Positions 28,710-38,295 of a stretch of 64,000 nucleotides of DNA are shown here, piece after piece. The notes beneath the pieces were generated by a model, which saw only the letters and a list, made by a program, of their open reading frames with translations, searched no databases and had not been told where the DNA came from. The DNA comes from Myxococcota bacterium (GTDB lineage Bacteria; Myxococcota_A; UBA9160; UBA6930), in NCBI GenBank assembly GCA_965223705.1, contig OZ245015.1, positions 3,776,001 through 3,840,000 of the forward strand, in the 5' to 3' direction. Numbering within the stretch: position 1 is the stretch's first letter; each line of letters begins with the position of its first letter. The translations under genes were made by a program, and so were the position numbers.

Positions 28710-29332
28710 GCCGCTCGCCTCCTGCCGAACGAAGCCAGCCCCAGCAAGCCCACCATCGCGAGAAGTGCGCTCCCCGGTTCGGGAACCGCGGTCACCCCAA
28801 ACCCCGGAGATGGCGCGCCGCGCGCGAAGTCGACCGAGTTGTCGTCCGTATCGACGTTTGCAAAAACGCGGTGGAGGCTCTCGCCACCGGGCGCGTCCTC
28901 GGCGGGCGCCCCCTCGCCGGCGAAGAATTGGCCCGGTGCGAATACTCCGAAACCCAGAGCGTCGAGCACGGTCGTCCCCTGGACGAGTCGCACGGAGTCC
29001 GGACCGTTTTGAGGGTCGAACTCGATCAGCAAGTCCGCCGGGGTCACGTCGGAAGTTCCGTCCGCGCGCGTATCCGCAACCACGAAGAAGCCCGAAGAGC
29101 CGAACACCCCCGAGAGCTCCGCAGCGGCGTGCACCGCGCCGTTGTCTCCGTTGACGGCCTCGAGAGTCAGTCCGGCGAGAGACACCCCTGGGCTTCCGAA
29201 GAGCTCGACGAAGACCTGACCGCTGTCACTTCCGAGCGCGTCGTAAAACACCTCGGAGATAAGAGGCATCGCCTTTACGCCGTTCGCCGCGAGGCAGGAC
29301 ACGGCGACGAGCGCGAACATGTTCTTGCGCAT
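28706..29332 (-). CDS. Secreted lamin-tail-domain protein with PEP-CTERM sorting signal
   Basis: Signal peptide, LISEVFYD...FVEL, QNGPDSVRL, DTDDNSVDF..PSPG, C-terminal VPEPGS-TM-RRR. Confidence 0.85.
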   Translation of the reverse strand: MRKNMFALVAVSCLAANGVKAMPLISEVFYDALGSDSGQVFVELFGSPGVSLAGLTLEAVNGDNGAVHAAAELSGVFGSSGFFVVADTRADGTSDVTPADLLIEFDPQNGPDSVRLVQGTTVLDALGFGVFAPGQFFAGEGAPAEDAPGGESLHRVFANVDTDDNSVDFARGAPSPGFGVTAVPEPGSALLAMVGLLGLASFGRRRAA

Positions 29333-29384
29333 GCTTGGATCCATCGGGACCGCGATGGAGTGAGTGTTTGAAACATCGATTGTT

Positions 29385-30902
29385 TTAGCGTGCCGCGGCG
29401 GAGCGCTGCGCGCTCCACCAACCCTCCGTCCAACCGTCGAGTCCGGCGTCGAGTTCACGGATTCGTAGACGCAGGCGGGGCCGTTCGTCGCGCGCGGCAG
29501 TGCCGAGCGCCAACCGGGCACGGCGGCGCTCAAAATACAATTGCGTCACTTCATCGAGGACTTCATCGCGGAGCTCGATTCGCTCCCGGGTCTCCCTCGA
29601 GACGTCGATGCTCTCCGGGTGGTAGGCGATATCGCCGAGATCCCAGCGCAGGACGACGTCGACATCGAGCGAACGATGTCGATCCGTTGTCGTGTCGTGT
29701 AGCTGTCGCGTCGCACCGGAGCTGAAGACTTCGTCATAGCGCCGCTCGCGCAGCGCATCCCGACCGCGACCGGCGCGCACTTCGAACGTGGGAAGCCAGC
29801 CGCGGCGCCGCACGCCCCGAAAGAGGTTGCGGACGGTGGTGCCGTCGAGACCGACGGTGCGGAGGGCGACGCGTTGGACCGAAACGATGTCGGGGACGTT
29901 CTCTTCCACCGACGCCTCCGCCGCCGGCTTCTTCGGTATATCCGCTGCGCGCGAAGCTTCGCGGTGGAGAAGCCCCCGCTCCCCCACCGCGAAGCGCGCA
30001 CCCGGGGCGATGTCGGCGATCGCCTGATTCTGGATTTCGGCGACTACCTGGGTTGCGCGACGCTGCGGGGTGCTTGGCGCCGGAAGCGAGAACAACCCCC
30101 GATCGCTGCACACCCAGTAGCGATCGCCGTCGAACCGGGCGCGCGTCGCGACGGCGCCGGGTGGAAGGCCGAGCCGCACGCGGAACCAACGCCCCTCGCG
30201 GCGGACCAATAACTCATGTCGGAGAAGGACCGCGATGCCCGTCGGTCCTTCGGTCAGATCCTGGATCGTGGCGCGCTCGCCGAGCACCGGCAGCGAAACC
30301 GGTAGGAGCTTCGGCGCGTTCGCGTGGAGCGTCAGTCGATACAAGCTCCCGCCGACGACGGCCCAGAGTTCGAGCGCGTCCGATCGATCGATGAAGGCCA
30401 CCGCACTCGAGGGGCGATGGGGCAACCCGAGCGGTCGGTGCCATGCGCCGTGATCGCCCTCGCGCAACCAGACACCGGCCTCGGTGGCAGCGGCCGCCCA
30501 GCCGCCCGAGGACGAATTAGGGGACGTGCCCGAGAACGCGATGCGGGCGACGCGACGCGCGGCCCCCGTGCCCAAAGTCTCGCGAGTCCCCGCCTCGGCA
30601 TCGGGCAGAAAGCGCAGGACCCCGGCTCCGGTCGCCGCCCAGAGCGTCCCTTGCGCGTCAAAGGCCAAATCGTGGACCGGGGCGCGGGGCGACCAACGCC
30701 TCCGGAGCGTCGTCCCGTCGAAGAGCCACAGACCGCGCGGCGTCGCGACGGCCACCGTCTCCCGCGCCCGCGCCGCGACGTTCGCCGCGTCTCGCAGTGG
30801 TGCTCCAGTGTCAACCGGTACCCACGAGGCAGCGCTCCCCGAGGAAGTCCCCACGATCAAAACCAACGCGGCCATTGCGCGCAGCCGTCTTTCCGAATTC
30901 AT
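29385..30902 (-). CDS. Exported hypothetical protein: beta-propeller-like repeats plus C-terminal OEP/TolC-repeat-like domain
   Basis: Signal-like N-terminus; repeats VATPRGLW, AATGAGVL, AATEAGVW, VCSDRGLF, VGERGLL; C-terminal WLPTFEVRA...VLRWDL...LRDEVLDEVTQLYFERRR. Confidence 0.65.
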   Translation of the reverse strand: MNSERRLRAMAALVLIVGTSSGSAASWVPVDTGAPLRDAANVAARARETVAVATPRGLWLFDGTTLRRRWSPRAPVHDLAFDAQGTLWAATGAGVLRFLPDAEAGTRETLGTGAARRVARIAFSGTSPNSSSGGWAAAATEAGVWLREGDHGAWHRPLGLPHRPSSAVAFIDRSDALELWAVVGGSLYRLTLHANAPKLLPVSLPVLGERATIQDLTEGPTGIAVLLRHELLVRREGRWFRVRLGLPPGAVATRARFDGDRYWVCSDRGLFSLPAPSTPQRRATQVVAEIQNQAIADIAPGARFAVGERGLLHREASRAADIPKKPAAEASVEENVPDIVSVQRVALRTVGLDGTTVRNLFRGVRRRGWLPTFEVRAGRGRDALRERRYDEVFSSGATRQLHDTTTDRHRSLDVDVVLRWDLGDIAYHPESIDVSRETRERIELRDEVLDEVTQLYFERRRARLALGTAARDERPRLRLRIRELDAGLDGWTEGWWSAQRSAAAR

Positions 30903-31054
30903 GGTCGACCGTGTTTGCAAGAAAGCGGCCACTGCGTACGCGACGGACACCACGCATCGGCCGGCATCCGTGACCACGGGCGATGTACCGTCAACGACGG
31001 TCGTACACAGCGCGCTGCTTGACGGCCCAAGGAAGCTCCAGAACACTTCGCGCG

Positions 31055-31597
31055 ATGCGTCTCCTCCTCGTTCTGGCCTTCACGTGGTGCGTCGCGCTGC
31101 CCGCCGCGTCGGCCGGTGCGGAGGACGCGGCGGCATCCCCCGTTCCCAAGATCTACAAGTGGATCGACGAAAACGGGGTCGCCCACTACACAACCGATCC
31201 GAAGCGGGTTCCCCGCAGCTTGCGCCGACAGATCGGGAACGCGCCCACCGCGAGCGAACCGCTCGAAGCGCCCCAAGTACAAAGGGGCGAAACGCAACTG
31301 GGGGCAGAATCGGGCTTCCGACGCGACGCGCGGCCGACCGTGGAAGAGTCCGCTGTCGAGGGAGAACTCGACTTCGATGCGGCCGAAAGTCGGGCAGCTG
31401 ATCTCGACGCGCGGATCGCGGCGCTCGAGCGGCAGATCGCCGACGACGAGAACACGCTGACGGCGCTGGTGAGCGGCGGCGATGTGGCGACGGGAGAAGG
31501 AGACGCGGCCCTCCTGCGTGATCTCGGTGACCGCCTGCCCAGACTGCTGGCGGAACTCGAAGCGCTGCGTGCTGAGCGCGACGCGCTGGCGCCCTAG
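31055..31597 (+). CDS. DUF4124-domain exported protein with coiled coil
   Basis: Signal peptide then IYKWIDENGVAHYTTDP; C-terminal coiled coil. Confidence 0.8.
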   Translation: MRLLLVLAFTWCVALPAASAGAEDAAASPVPKIYKWIDENGVAHYTTDPKRVPRSLRRQIGNAPTASEPLEAPQVQRGETQLGAESGFRRDARPTVEESAVEGELDFDAAESRAADLDARIAALERQIADDENTLTALVSGGDVATGEGDAALLRDLGDRLPRLLAELEALRAERDALAP

Positions 31598-31615
31598 CGA
31601 GGCGTCCGAACCGAC

Positions 31616-32575
31616 ATGGCGGCCGATCGCGAAATCGTCGCACTGGCCGGAGGCGTGGGAGCGGCCCGCTTCTTGCGCGGTCTGGTCAAGGTGCGGGATC
31701 CGGAATCGATCACCATCATCGGCAACACCGGCGACGACCGCCGCTTCTATGGCGTTCACGTCTCGCCCGACCTCGACATCGTGACCTACACGCTCGCCGG
31801 GCGCGTCGATCCCGAGCGGGGCTTCGGACTCGCCGGTGACTCGTTCAACGTCATCGACACGCTGGCGGACTTCGGGCGCGAAGCGTGGTTTCGCCTGGGC
31901 GATCGAGACTTCGCGGGGTGCCTCCACCGAACGCTGCGACTCGACGACGGCGCGACCTTGAGCGAGGCGACGGACGATCTTCGGCGCGCCGTAGGCGTCG
32001 GGGCGAAACTTCTGCCGATGTCCGACGATCCGTGTCCGACGTTCGTCGAGCTGGCGGACGGCGCGCGAGTCCACTTCGAGGAGTATCTGGTACGGGACGG
32101 CGCGCCGGACGCGGTCCGTCGGGTCGACCTCGGAGCCGCGGAGCGCGCCGCCCCGGCACCGGGCGTTCTGGGGGCGCTCCGAAACGCTCGCTGCATCCTG
32201 GTCTGCCCGAGCAACCCGATCGTCTCGATCGGGCCGATCCTCGCGTTGCCGGGCGTCCGCGACGCGCTGCGTGAGAGCCCGGCGCCGATCGTGGCGGTGT
32301 CGCCCATCATCGGCGATGCCCCGGTGAAAGGGCCGGCCGACCGGCTTCTCAAGGCGGCGGGGAGCGAGGTGTCTCCCGTTGGCGTGGCAAAGCTGTACCG
32401 CGACTTCATCGGCGGATTCGTCATGGACGAACGAGACCACGACCGCCGCGCGGAGATCGATTCTCTGGGCCTCGCGTGTGAGACACTCGATACGTTGATG
32501 GTCGATCAAGCGCGCTCCGAAGCCGTCGCCCTTGCCGCGCTCGACGTCGCCCGCTCACTGGGATCGCCCTCGTAA
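31616..32575 (+). CDS. cofD: 2-phospho-L-lactate/PEP transferase (F420-0 synthesis, CofD/FbiA)
   Basis: LAGGVGAARFL, NTGDD, SPDLDIVTYTLAG, WFRLGDRD, LPMSDD, HFEEY, PSNPIVSIGPILA, AVSPII, KGPADRL. Confidence 0.95.
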   Translation: MAADREIVALAGGVGAARFLRGLVKVRDPESITIIGNTGDDRRFYGVHVSPDLDIVTYTLAGRVDPERGFGLAGDSFNVIDTLADFGREAWFRLGDRDFAGCLHRTLRLDDGATLSEATDDLRRAVGVGAKLLPMSDDPCPTFVELADGARVHFEEYLVRDGAPDAVRRVDLGAAERAAPAPGVLGALRNARCILVCPSNPIVSIGPILALPGVRDALRESPAPIVAVSPIIGDAPVKGPADRLLKAAGSEVSPVGVAKLYRDFIGGFVMDERDHDRRAEIDSLGLACETLDTLMVDQARSEAVALAALDVARSLGSPS

Positions 32576-33231
32576 TGCAAAGCGCAGCCGTCATCCCCGT
32601 GAAACAACTCGCCGACACCAAGTCGCGGCTCGCGCGCGATCTGCCGCGGGACGCGGTGGATCGCATCACCCTCGCCATGCTGGCGGACCTGCTCGACTGC
32701 CTGCACGGCGTCGGCCGCCTCGACCGTATCGTCGTCGTGACACCGGATTCCGACATCGCCGATCTCGCGAAGCAGTCCGGCGCCGACCCCCTCGTGTTGC
32801 GAGATCCCGGGCTGAACCTCTCGCTCGATGCCGCCCGCCAGAAACTCCTCGATGAAGGCGCCAAGGAGCTGCTCGTGGTTCTCGGCGACGTCGCGGGGGC
32901 GACACCCGGTGACGTCGGGCAGATGTACAGCGCACTCGATGAGCTCGGCGGAACAGGCGTCGTCCTCGCCGCGGCGAACGACGGCGGCACGTCGGCCTTG
33001 CTGCGCGCGCCGGGCGACCTCATCGGCCACCGCTTCGGGCGCGACAGCGCGGACGCGCACCGCGCGCTCGCGCGGGACGCCGGCGTCCCCTTTCGCGAGC
33101 TCGTGCTCCCTTCTCTGGCCGTCGACCTCGACCAGCTCCGCGACGTTCCGGGCCTCCTGCGAACGGACGGCGCTCGCCGCACCCGCCAACTTCTCGAGGA
33201 CCTGGGCCTCGGGGGAGAGCCCAAATCGTGA
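32575..33231 (+). CDS. cofC: 2-phospho-L-lactate/PEP guanylyltransferase (CofC/FbiD)
   Basis: VIPVK...KSRL, AMLAD, GLN, GD, DGGTSAL, FGRDSADAH, DLD...D. Confidence 0.92.
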   Translation: MQSAAVIPVKQLADTKSRLARDLPRDAVDRITLAMLADLLDCLHGVGRLDRIVVVTPDSDIADLAKQSGADPLVLRDPGLNLSLDAARQKLLDEGAKELLVVLGDVAGATPGDVGQMYSALDELGGTGVVLAAANDGGTSALLRAPGDLIGHRFGRDSADAHRALARDAGVPFRELVLPSLAVDLDQLRDVPGLLRTDGARRTRQLLEDLGLGGEPKS

Positions 33232-33983
33232 ACAGCGGACCGGCAATTTCCCTGTACCCCTTGTCGGACATCCCGATGATCCAGCCGAAGGACGATCTCG
33301 GTGCGCTCTTCGCCACGGCCGCGGAGCGAAGCGGCGTGTCGCTTTCGAACGGTGTGCTCGTCGTCTGTCAGAAAGTGATATCCAAGGCCGAAGGCAGGTT
33401 GATCTCGCTCAAGGACGTCACCCCGAGCCCTGAAGCCGTCGAGATTGCGGCGGAGCACGACAAGGATCCGCGACAGGTGGAAGTCGTGTTGCGCGAGAGT
33501 CGTCGCATCGTTCGCCGCGGTCGCGGTGTCATCATCAGCGAAACGAAACACGGCTTTGTGTGTGCAAACGCCGGCGTCGATCTCTCGAACGCTCCGGCGG
33601 AAGACGTCGCCGTCCTCCTCCCGGAAGATTCGGACGCCTCCGCTCGGGCACTTCGGAGCGCCCTCGAAGAGAAGGGGCACGGCCCGCTCGCGGTGGTCGT
33701 AACCGACACCTTCGGACGTCCTTGGCGAGACGGCCTGGTCGACGTCGCCATCGGTTCGTCGGGCATCGCCCCCCTCGACGACTTTCGAGGGCAAGCGGAT
33801 CTGGCCGGCCGGGAGCTCGTCGTCACCACCGCCGCGACCGTCGACCAGCTGGCGGCGGCGGCCGGCATGCTGATGCGCAAGGACTCGGGGATTCCCGCGG
33901 TCGTCGTCCACGGCGTGCCCCTCGTGGGCGACGGCGACGTCTCGCAGCTTCTTCGCGATCCGTCCGAAGATCTTTTTCGCTAG
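33228..33983 (+). CDS. cofE: Coenzyme F420-0:L-glutamate ligase (CofE; no FbiB nitroreductase domain)
   Basis: P.I.P.DDL, QKVISKAEG, HGFVCANAGVDLSN, LPEDSDASA, TDTFGRPWR.G, DQLAAAA, DLFR. Confidence 0.95.
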   Translation: MNSGPAISLYPLSDIPMIQPKDDLGALFATAAERSGVSLSNGVLVVCQKVISKAEGRLISLKDVTPSPEAVEIAAEHDKDPRQVEVVLRESRRIVRRGRGVIISETKHGFVCANAGVDLSNAPAEDVAVLLPEDSDASARALRSALEEKGHGPLAVVVTDTFGRPWRDGLVDVAIGSSGIAPLDDFRGQADLAGRELVVTTAATVDQLAAAAGMLMRKDSGIPAVVVHGVPLVGDGDVSQLLRDPSEDLFR

Positions 33984-34595
33984 TCAGTCGTCACCGGGTT
34001 GCGCAGAACGAACCCGGCGATCGATCGCCTTCCAGAGCGCGTCGAGTCCGTCGCCGGACTGCGCCGACGTGGCGATGCAGGTGTCGGCCGCGACCGAGAG
34101 CGAACGCGCGATCGCGGCGACCGCCTTCGCGCGTTGACTGCGCTTCAGCTTGTCGACCTTCGTCGGAACGACCAGCGTCGCGATGTTCCGCTCGTCGAGC
34201 CATGAGAGGAGGAGCGCTTCGTCCTCGCCCGGTTCACGGCGCGCGTCCTGGAGGAGTACAGCGAGCGCGATCGGGCGATCGCTGTCGAGGTAGCCCTCGA
34301 CGAGGGGCTTCCAGCGGTTGCGCTCCTTGCGCGAAACACGGGCGTACCCGTACCCGGGCAAGTCGACGAAAGCGAGCGCGTCGTGCATACGCAGCACGCG
34401 GTAAAAATGAACGAGCCGCGTTTTCCCCGGCGTCGAACTGGTGTACGCGAGCTGCCTGCGGCCGACGAGCTTGTTGAGGAGGGATGACTTGCCGACGTTC
34501 GATCGACCGAGGAACGCGACTTCCGGCGACTCGGGCTGCGGAAATCCCGAGGGCGCCGCGGCGCTCGCCCATATTTCGGCGCGCTTGATCTTCAT
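33984..34595 (-). CDS. engB: Ribosome biogenesis GTPase YihA/YsxC
   Basis: GRSNVGKSS, SSTPGKT, DLPGYGYA, TKVDKL. Confidence 0.95.
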   Translation of the reverse strand: MKIKRAEIWASAAAPSGFPQPESPEVAFLGRSNVGKSSLLNKLVGRRQLAYTSSTPGKTRLVHFYRVLRMHDALAFVDLPGYGYARVSRKERNRWKPLVEGYLDSDRPIALAVLLQDARREPGEDEALLLSWLDERNIATLVVPTKVDKLKRSQRAKAVAAIARSLSVAADTCIATSAQSGDGLDALWKAIDRRVRSAQPGDD

Positions 34596-35746
34596 CGTCC
34601 CCCGAGCACTTGCTCGAGTCGGTTCAACCCTTCTTCGATCGATGTTTCCGAAACGGCGTAGCAGAAGCGCAGGGAACCCTCGGCGTGCTCTCCGAAGTCG
34701 ATTCCGGGTGTCGCTGCGACACCGGCCTCCTCGAGGAGCCGGAAGGCGAGCCGGTGGGAATCCCCGTCCCAACGCCTCGCGCCCGCCAGCACGTAGAACG
34801 CGCCCCCCGGTCGCTCGGGAATCTCGAACCCGACGGTCCGCAAACCGTCCACCATCATGTCGCGGCGGCGCGCGTAGGCCGTGCGCATGGCCTCGAGCGT
34901 CGGTCCGCCATAGCGGAGTGCCGCGATGCCAGCGCGCTGCACGAACGCGCTCACCGAGATGAGAAAATTCTGGGACAGTACGTGGAGCCTTCGCCTCGCT
35001 TCGGGCGGCGCGATCAGATACCCGAGGCGGAAACCCGTCATCGCGTAGCGTTTCGAGAAACCGTCCAGCACGTACGACTGGTCACCTCGCCCGAGCGCGG
35101 TGACACCTTCCCCACCGTCGTACTGGAGCCCGTCGTAGATTTCATCGGAGAGAAGCGGCAAGCCGAGGTCGGCGATCTCGTCGTAGACCGCTTGGGACTG
35201 GACCGCACCCGTGGGGTTCGCGGGCGAAGCCAACACGATCGCGGCTGTGCGTGGCGTCACGGCTCGGCGCACCCGGGCGGGGTCGATGGCAAATCCGTCG
35301 GCTGGATCACACGGCACGGGCACCGGCCTTCCGCCAAAAAAGCGGATGAAGTTCGGGTAGCAGGGATAGTGGGGCGCCGGGACCAGCACCTCGTCTCCCG
35401 GTGATACCAGGAGCGAGAACGCGAGGAGCATCGCCGGGGACGTGCCGGGAGCGACGAAGACGTCTTCGGGGTCCACGGAGCCGGAAGCCCGCAGCGCCTT
35501 GTCGGCGGCGATCGCCTCGCGCAACTCGTGCAGGCCTCGACTGTCGGTGTAGCGCGTATCTGCCGCCGCCAGTGCCTGCTGCGCCGCTTCGACGACTGGG
35601 GCGGGCGCCGGGAAGTCCGGCTCGCCGACCTCGAAATGGACGATGTCGCGGCCCTCCCGCTCGAGCGCCACAGCGCGTTCGAAGACTTCCATCGCGAGGA
35701 AGGCTTCGACGACCTCGGTCCGTGCCGCGAGGGCTCCCTGTGTCAC
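34592..35746 (-). CDS. PLP-dependent aminotransferase class I/II (AspC-like)
   Basis: VGEPDF, SPANPTG, SDEIY, GFSKRYAMTGFRLGY; start placed at GTG 35746 because the ORF-track TTG (35782) is part of a TTGACA -35 box. Confidence 0.9.
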   Translation of the reverse strand: MTQGALAARTEVVEAFLAMEVFERAVALEREGRDIVHFEVGEPDFPAPAPVVEAAQQALAAADTRYTDSRGLHELREAIAADKALRASGSVDPEDVFVAPGTSPAMLLAFSLLVSPGDEVLVPAPHYPCYPNFIRFFGGRPVPVPCDPADGFAIDPARVRRAVTPRTAAIVLASPANPTGAVQSQAVYDEIADLGLPLLSDEIYDGLQYDGGEGVTALGRGDQSYVLDGFSKRYAMTGFRLGYLIAPPEARRRLHVLSQNFLISVSAFVQRAGIAALRYGGPTLEAMRTAYARRRDMMVDGLRTVGFEIPERPGGAFYVLAGARRWDGDSHRLAFRLLEEAGVAATPGIDFGEHAEGSLRFCYAVSETSIEEGLNRLEQVLGGR

Positions 35747-35816
35747 GCGAGGCGGGGTAGCCCCGGCCTCTCGGGGTGTCAAACGAAAAAGAGGCTTCCC
35801 GTCGACGAGGGATCGT

Positions 35817-35845
35817 TTGACGCGGTCGTGAGCGCTGGATAGCCT
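35817..35845 (+). promoter_or_regulatory. Putative sigma70 promoter of the ccm operon
   Basis: TTGACG-17 nt-TAGCCT; back-to-back with a minus-strand TTGACA-17-TACCCC (35782-35754). Confidence 0.55.
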
Positions 35846-35865
35846 CGTTTTCCGGGGAGTTTTTG

Positions 35866-36303
35866 ATGTCGACGGGAGTCAAGATCGCAATCGGAGCCGC
35901 CCTCGTGGCACTGCTCCTCGGCTGGTTCGGCGCTGCTGAGATCCGCGAAGGCTCGTTCGTCTACTACCAGACCTTGGACGAGTTCACGTCTGCGCAGGCG
36001 GTCGGCGAATCGGCTCGAGTCCACGGCTACGTGGCCATGGGCTCGATCGAGCGAGACGTCGACAACAAGCGGGTCGCCTTCCGCGTACAGAACGACCCGC
36101 CCCACGGCGGGCACGCGGCAGACGATCCACTGCGCGTGGTGTACGCGAGCCTCGAAACGCCGGATCTCTTCAAAGACGGCGCCGAGGTGGTCGTCGAGGG
36201 CGCGCTGCGAGCCGACGGAACGTTCCACGCCAGCAACGTGCTCGCGAAATGTCCGTCGAAGTTCGAAGCTGGCGGTGACGCCCCGCCCGAACGCTCACTA
36301 TAG
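35866..36303 (+). CDS. ccmE: Heme chaperone CcmE, Cys-type (KCPSKF)
   Basis: TM anchor, VYY, PDLFKDGAEVVVEG, VLAKCPSKF. Confidence 0.92.
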   Translation: MSTGVKIAIGAALVALLLGWFGAAEIREGSFVYYQTLDEFTSAQAVGESARVHGYVAMGSIERDVDNKRVAFRVQNDPPHGGHAADDPLRVVYASLETPDLFKDGAEVVVEGALRADGTFHASNVLAKCPSKFEAGGDAPPERSL

Positions 36304-36324
36304 ACCCGAAGAGGGGACCGCCTC

Positions 36325-38295
36325 GTGATCACGGAGTTTGGCTTCTACGCCCTGCGTTTGGCGCTGGTCATCGCCGGAGTCGGCGTCGCCGCCGGCTGCT
36401 TCGCCGGATTCCGCGCCCGCGAAGACTACGCGCGCGTCTCCGAACGCTGCGTTCTCGTGGTCTTCCTGCTCTGCGCCTTTGCCATGGCGGTGCTGTTCTG
36501 GGCCTTCGCGCAGTCGGACTTCCGTTTCGCTTACGTGGCGGCGCAGTCGGCGCGAAGTATGTCCCTGCCCTACCGCTTGGCGGCGCTGTGGGGAGGCCAG
36601 GCCGGGTCGCTCCTCCTCTGGCTCTTCGTCCTCGCGGCCTACAGCGCGTTGGCGATCCGCACGTGTGTGAAGAGCCACCGCAACTTGGCGCCTTGGGTCG
36701 CGGCCGTTCTCCTCGGAAACGCAGCGTTTTTTCTGGTCCTGCTCAACTTCGTTTCGAATCCCTTCGAGCGCGTTCCCGTGGGCGCCCTGATGTCCGACGG
36801 CTCGGGTCTCAACCCGCTCTTACAGCACCCGGTGATGATGATTCACCCCGTAATGCTCTACACCGGCATGGTGGGTTTTGCGGTGCCGTTTTCCTTTGGC
36901 GTGGCGGCGCTCATCACCGGCGAACTCGGCACCGCCTGGCTGCGGACCACGCGACGCTGGACCCTCGTCGCATGGGCGTTCCTCTCCATCGGCATTTTGC
37001 TCGGTGGCCGCTGGGCCTACGAAGTCCTCGGGTGGGGCGGTTACTGGGCGTGGGATCCGGTGGAGAATGCGTCGTTCATGCCGTGGCTCGCGGGAACGGC
37101 GTACCTCCATTCGGTCATGATCCAGGAAAAGCGCGACATGCTGAAGATCTGGAATCTCGCGCTCGTCGGCATGACCTACACACTGTGCTTGTTCGGAACG
37201 ATGCTGACCCGCAGCGGCCTCGTCCAATCCGTCCACGCCTTCGCGCAGACGAAGATCTTTGGGGTTTTGTTCCTCGGCTACGTCATCGCGAGCGCGGCCC
37301 TCTTCGGCTGGTTGCTGTTCCGCCGACGTCGTGAACTTCGCAGCGAGCAACGCCTGGAATCCGTGGTTTCCCGCGAGTCGGGCTTCTTGCTCAACAACTG
37401 GGTCTTTATGGGCATTCTGGCCATCGTGTTCTGGGGAACGCTGTTTCCCAAGATCTCCGATTGGCTGACGGCCAAGGAGATCCTCCTCGGTCCCGCATTC
37501 TTCAATCGCCTCGTGACGCCCTTGGCCCTCTTCCTGTTGTTCCTGACGGGCGTCGGTCCGCTCATCGCGTGGCGCCGCGCGTCGGCGGCCAACCTGCGCC
37601 GACAATTTCTGTGGCCGGCCTCGGTCGCCGCGGGAACGGCTGTAACGCTCTACGTCGTCTTCGGCGATCGGATCGGGTTTTACCCGCACGTCACCTGGAG
37701 TTTGTGCGCGTTCGTCACCACGACGATCGCTCAGGAATACTGGCGAGCGATCGCCGTTCGCCGACGTGCCGGTGACGGCGTGCTCTCGGCATTGGCGACG
37801 CTCCTCCGGAAAAATCAACGGCGCTACGGCGGCTACATCGTCCATCTGGGCGTGGTGTTTATTCTGCTGGGAATCGCGGGCGCGGGTTTCAACGAAGAGC
37901 GACTCGAAAACGTACAACCCGGAGGGGCGGTCACCATCGGCGACTACGAACTCCAGTACATGACGGCGCAGGCTCTACCGCAACGACACTACGGCGGCGC
38001 CGTCGCGCGACTGGCCTTGCGCGAGGGCGGCGAACCGCGCGTCGTGATGACCCCGGAAAAGCGGATGTACTGGCTCGAGCAACAACCGGCTTCGATCCCG
38101 TCCGTCTACTCGACGCTCCGCGAAGACCTGTACGTGATTCTCACGGGCATCGAACACGACGGGTCGGCGACGCTCAAGATCTACCGCAATCCCCTGGTCA
38201 ACTGGATCTGGCTCGGGGGCCTGACCTTCGTGCTCGGCACGTTTGCCATTCTGTGGCCGCACGGAACGCGCGACGGACGTTCCGTCGTTTCGTGA
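36325..38295 (+). CDS. ccmF: Cytochrome c heme lyase CcmF
   Basis: WGGQAGSLLLW, GLNPLLQHP, WAYEVLGWGGYWAWDPVEN, LHS, SVHAFA, YIVHLG, NPLVNWIW. Confidence 0.96.
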   Translation: MITEFGFYALRLALVIAGVGVAAGCFAGFRAREDYARVSERCVLVVFLLCAFAMAVLFWAFAQSDFRFAYVAAQSARSMSLPYRLAALWGGQAGSLLLWLFVLAAYSALAIRTCVKSHRNLAPWVAAVLLGNAAFFLVLLNFVSNPFERVPVGALMSDGSGLNPLLQHPVMMIHPVMLYTGMVGFAVPFSFGVAALITGELGTAWLRTTRRWTLVAWAFLSIGILLGGRWAYEVLGWGGYWAWDPVENASFMPWLAGTAYLHSVMIQEKRDMLKIWNLALVGMTYTLCLFGTMLTRSGLVQSVHAFAQTKIFGVLFLGYVIASAALFGWLLFRRRRELRSEQRLESVVSRESGFLLNNWVFMGILAIVFWGTLFPKISDWLTAKEILLGPAFFNRLVTPLALFLLFLTGVGPLIAWRRASAANLRRQFLWPASVAAGTAVTLYVVFGDRIGFYPHVTWSLCAFVTTTIAQEYWRAIAVRRRAGDGVLSALATLLRKNQRRYGGYIVHLGVVFILLGIAGAGFNEERLENVQPGGAVTIGDYELQYMTAQALPQRHYGGAVARLALREGGEPRVVMTPEKRMYWLEQQPASIPSVYSTLREDLYVILTGIEHDGSATLKIYRNPLVNWIWLGGLTFVLGTFAILWPHGTRDGRSVVS

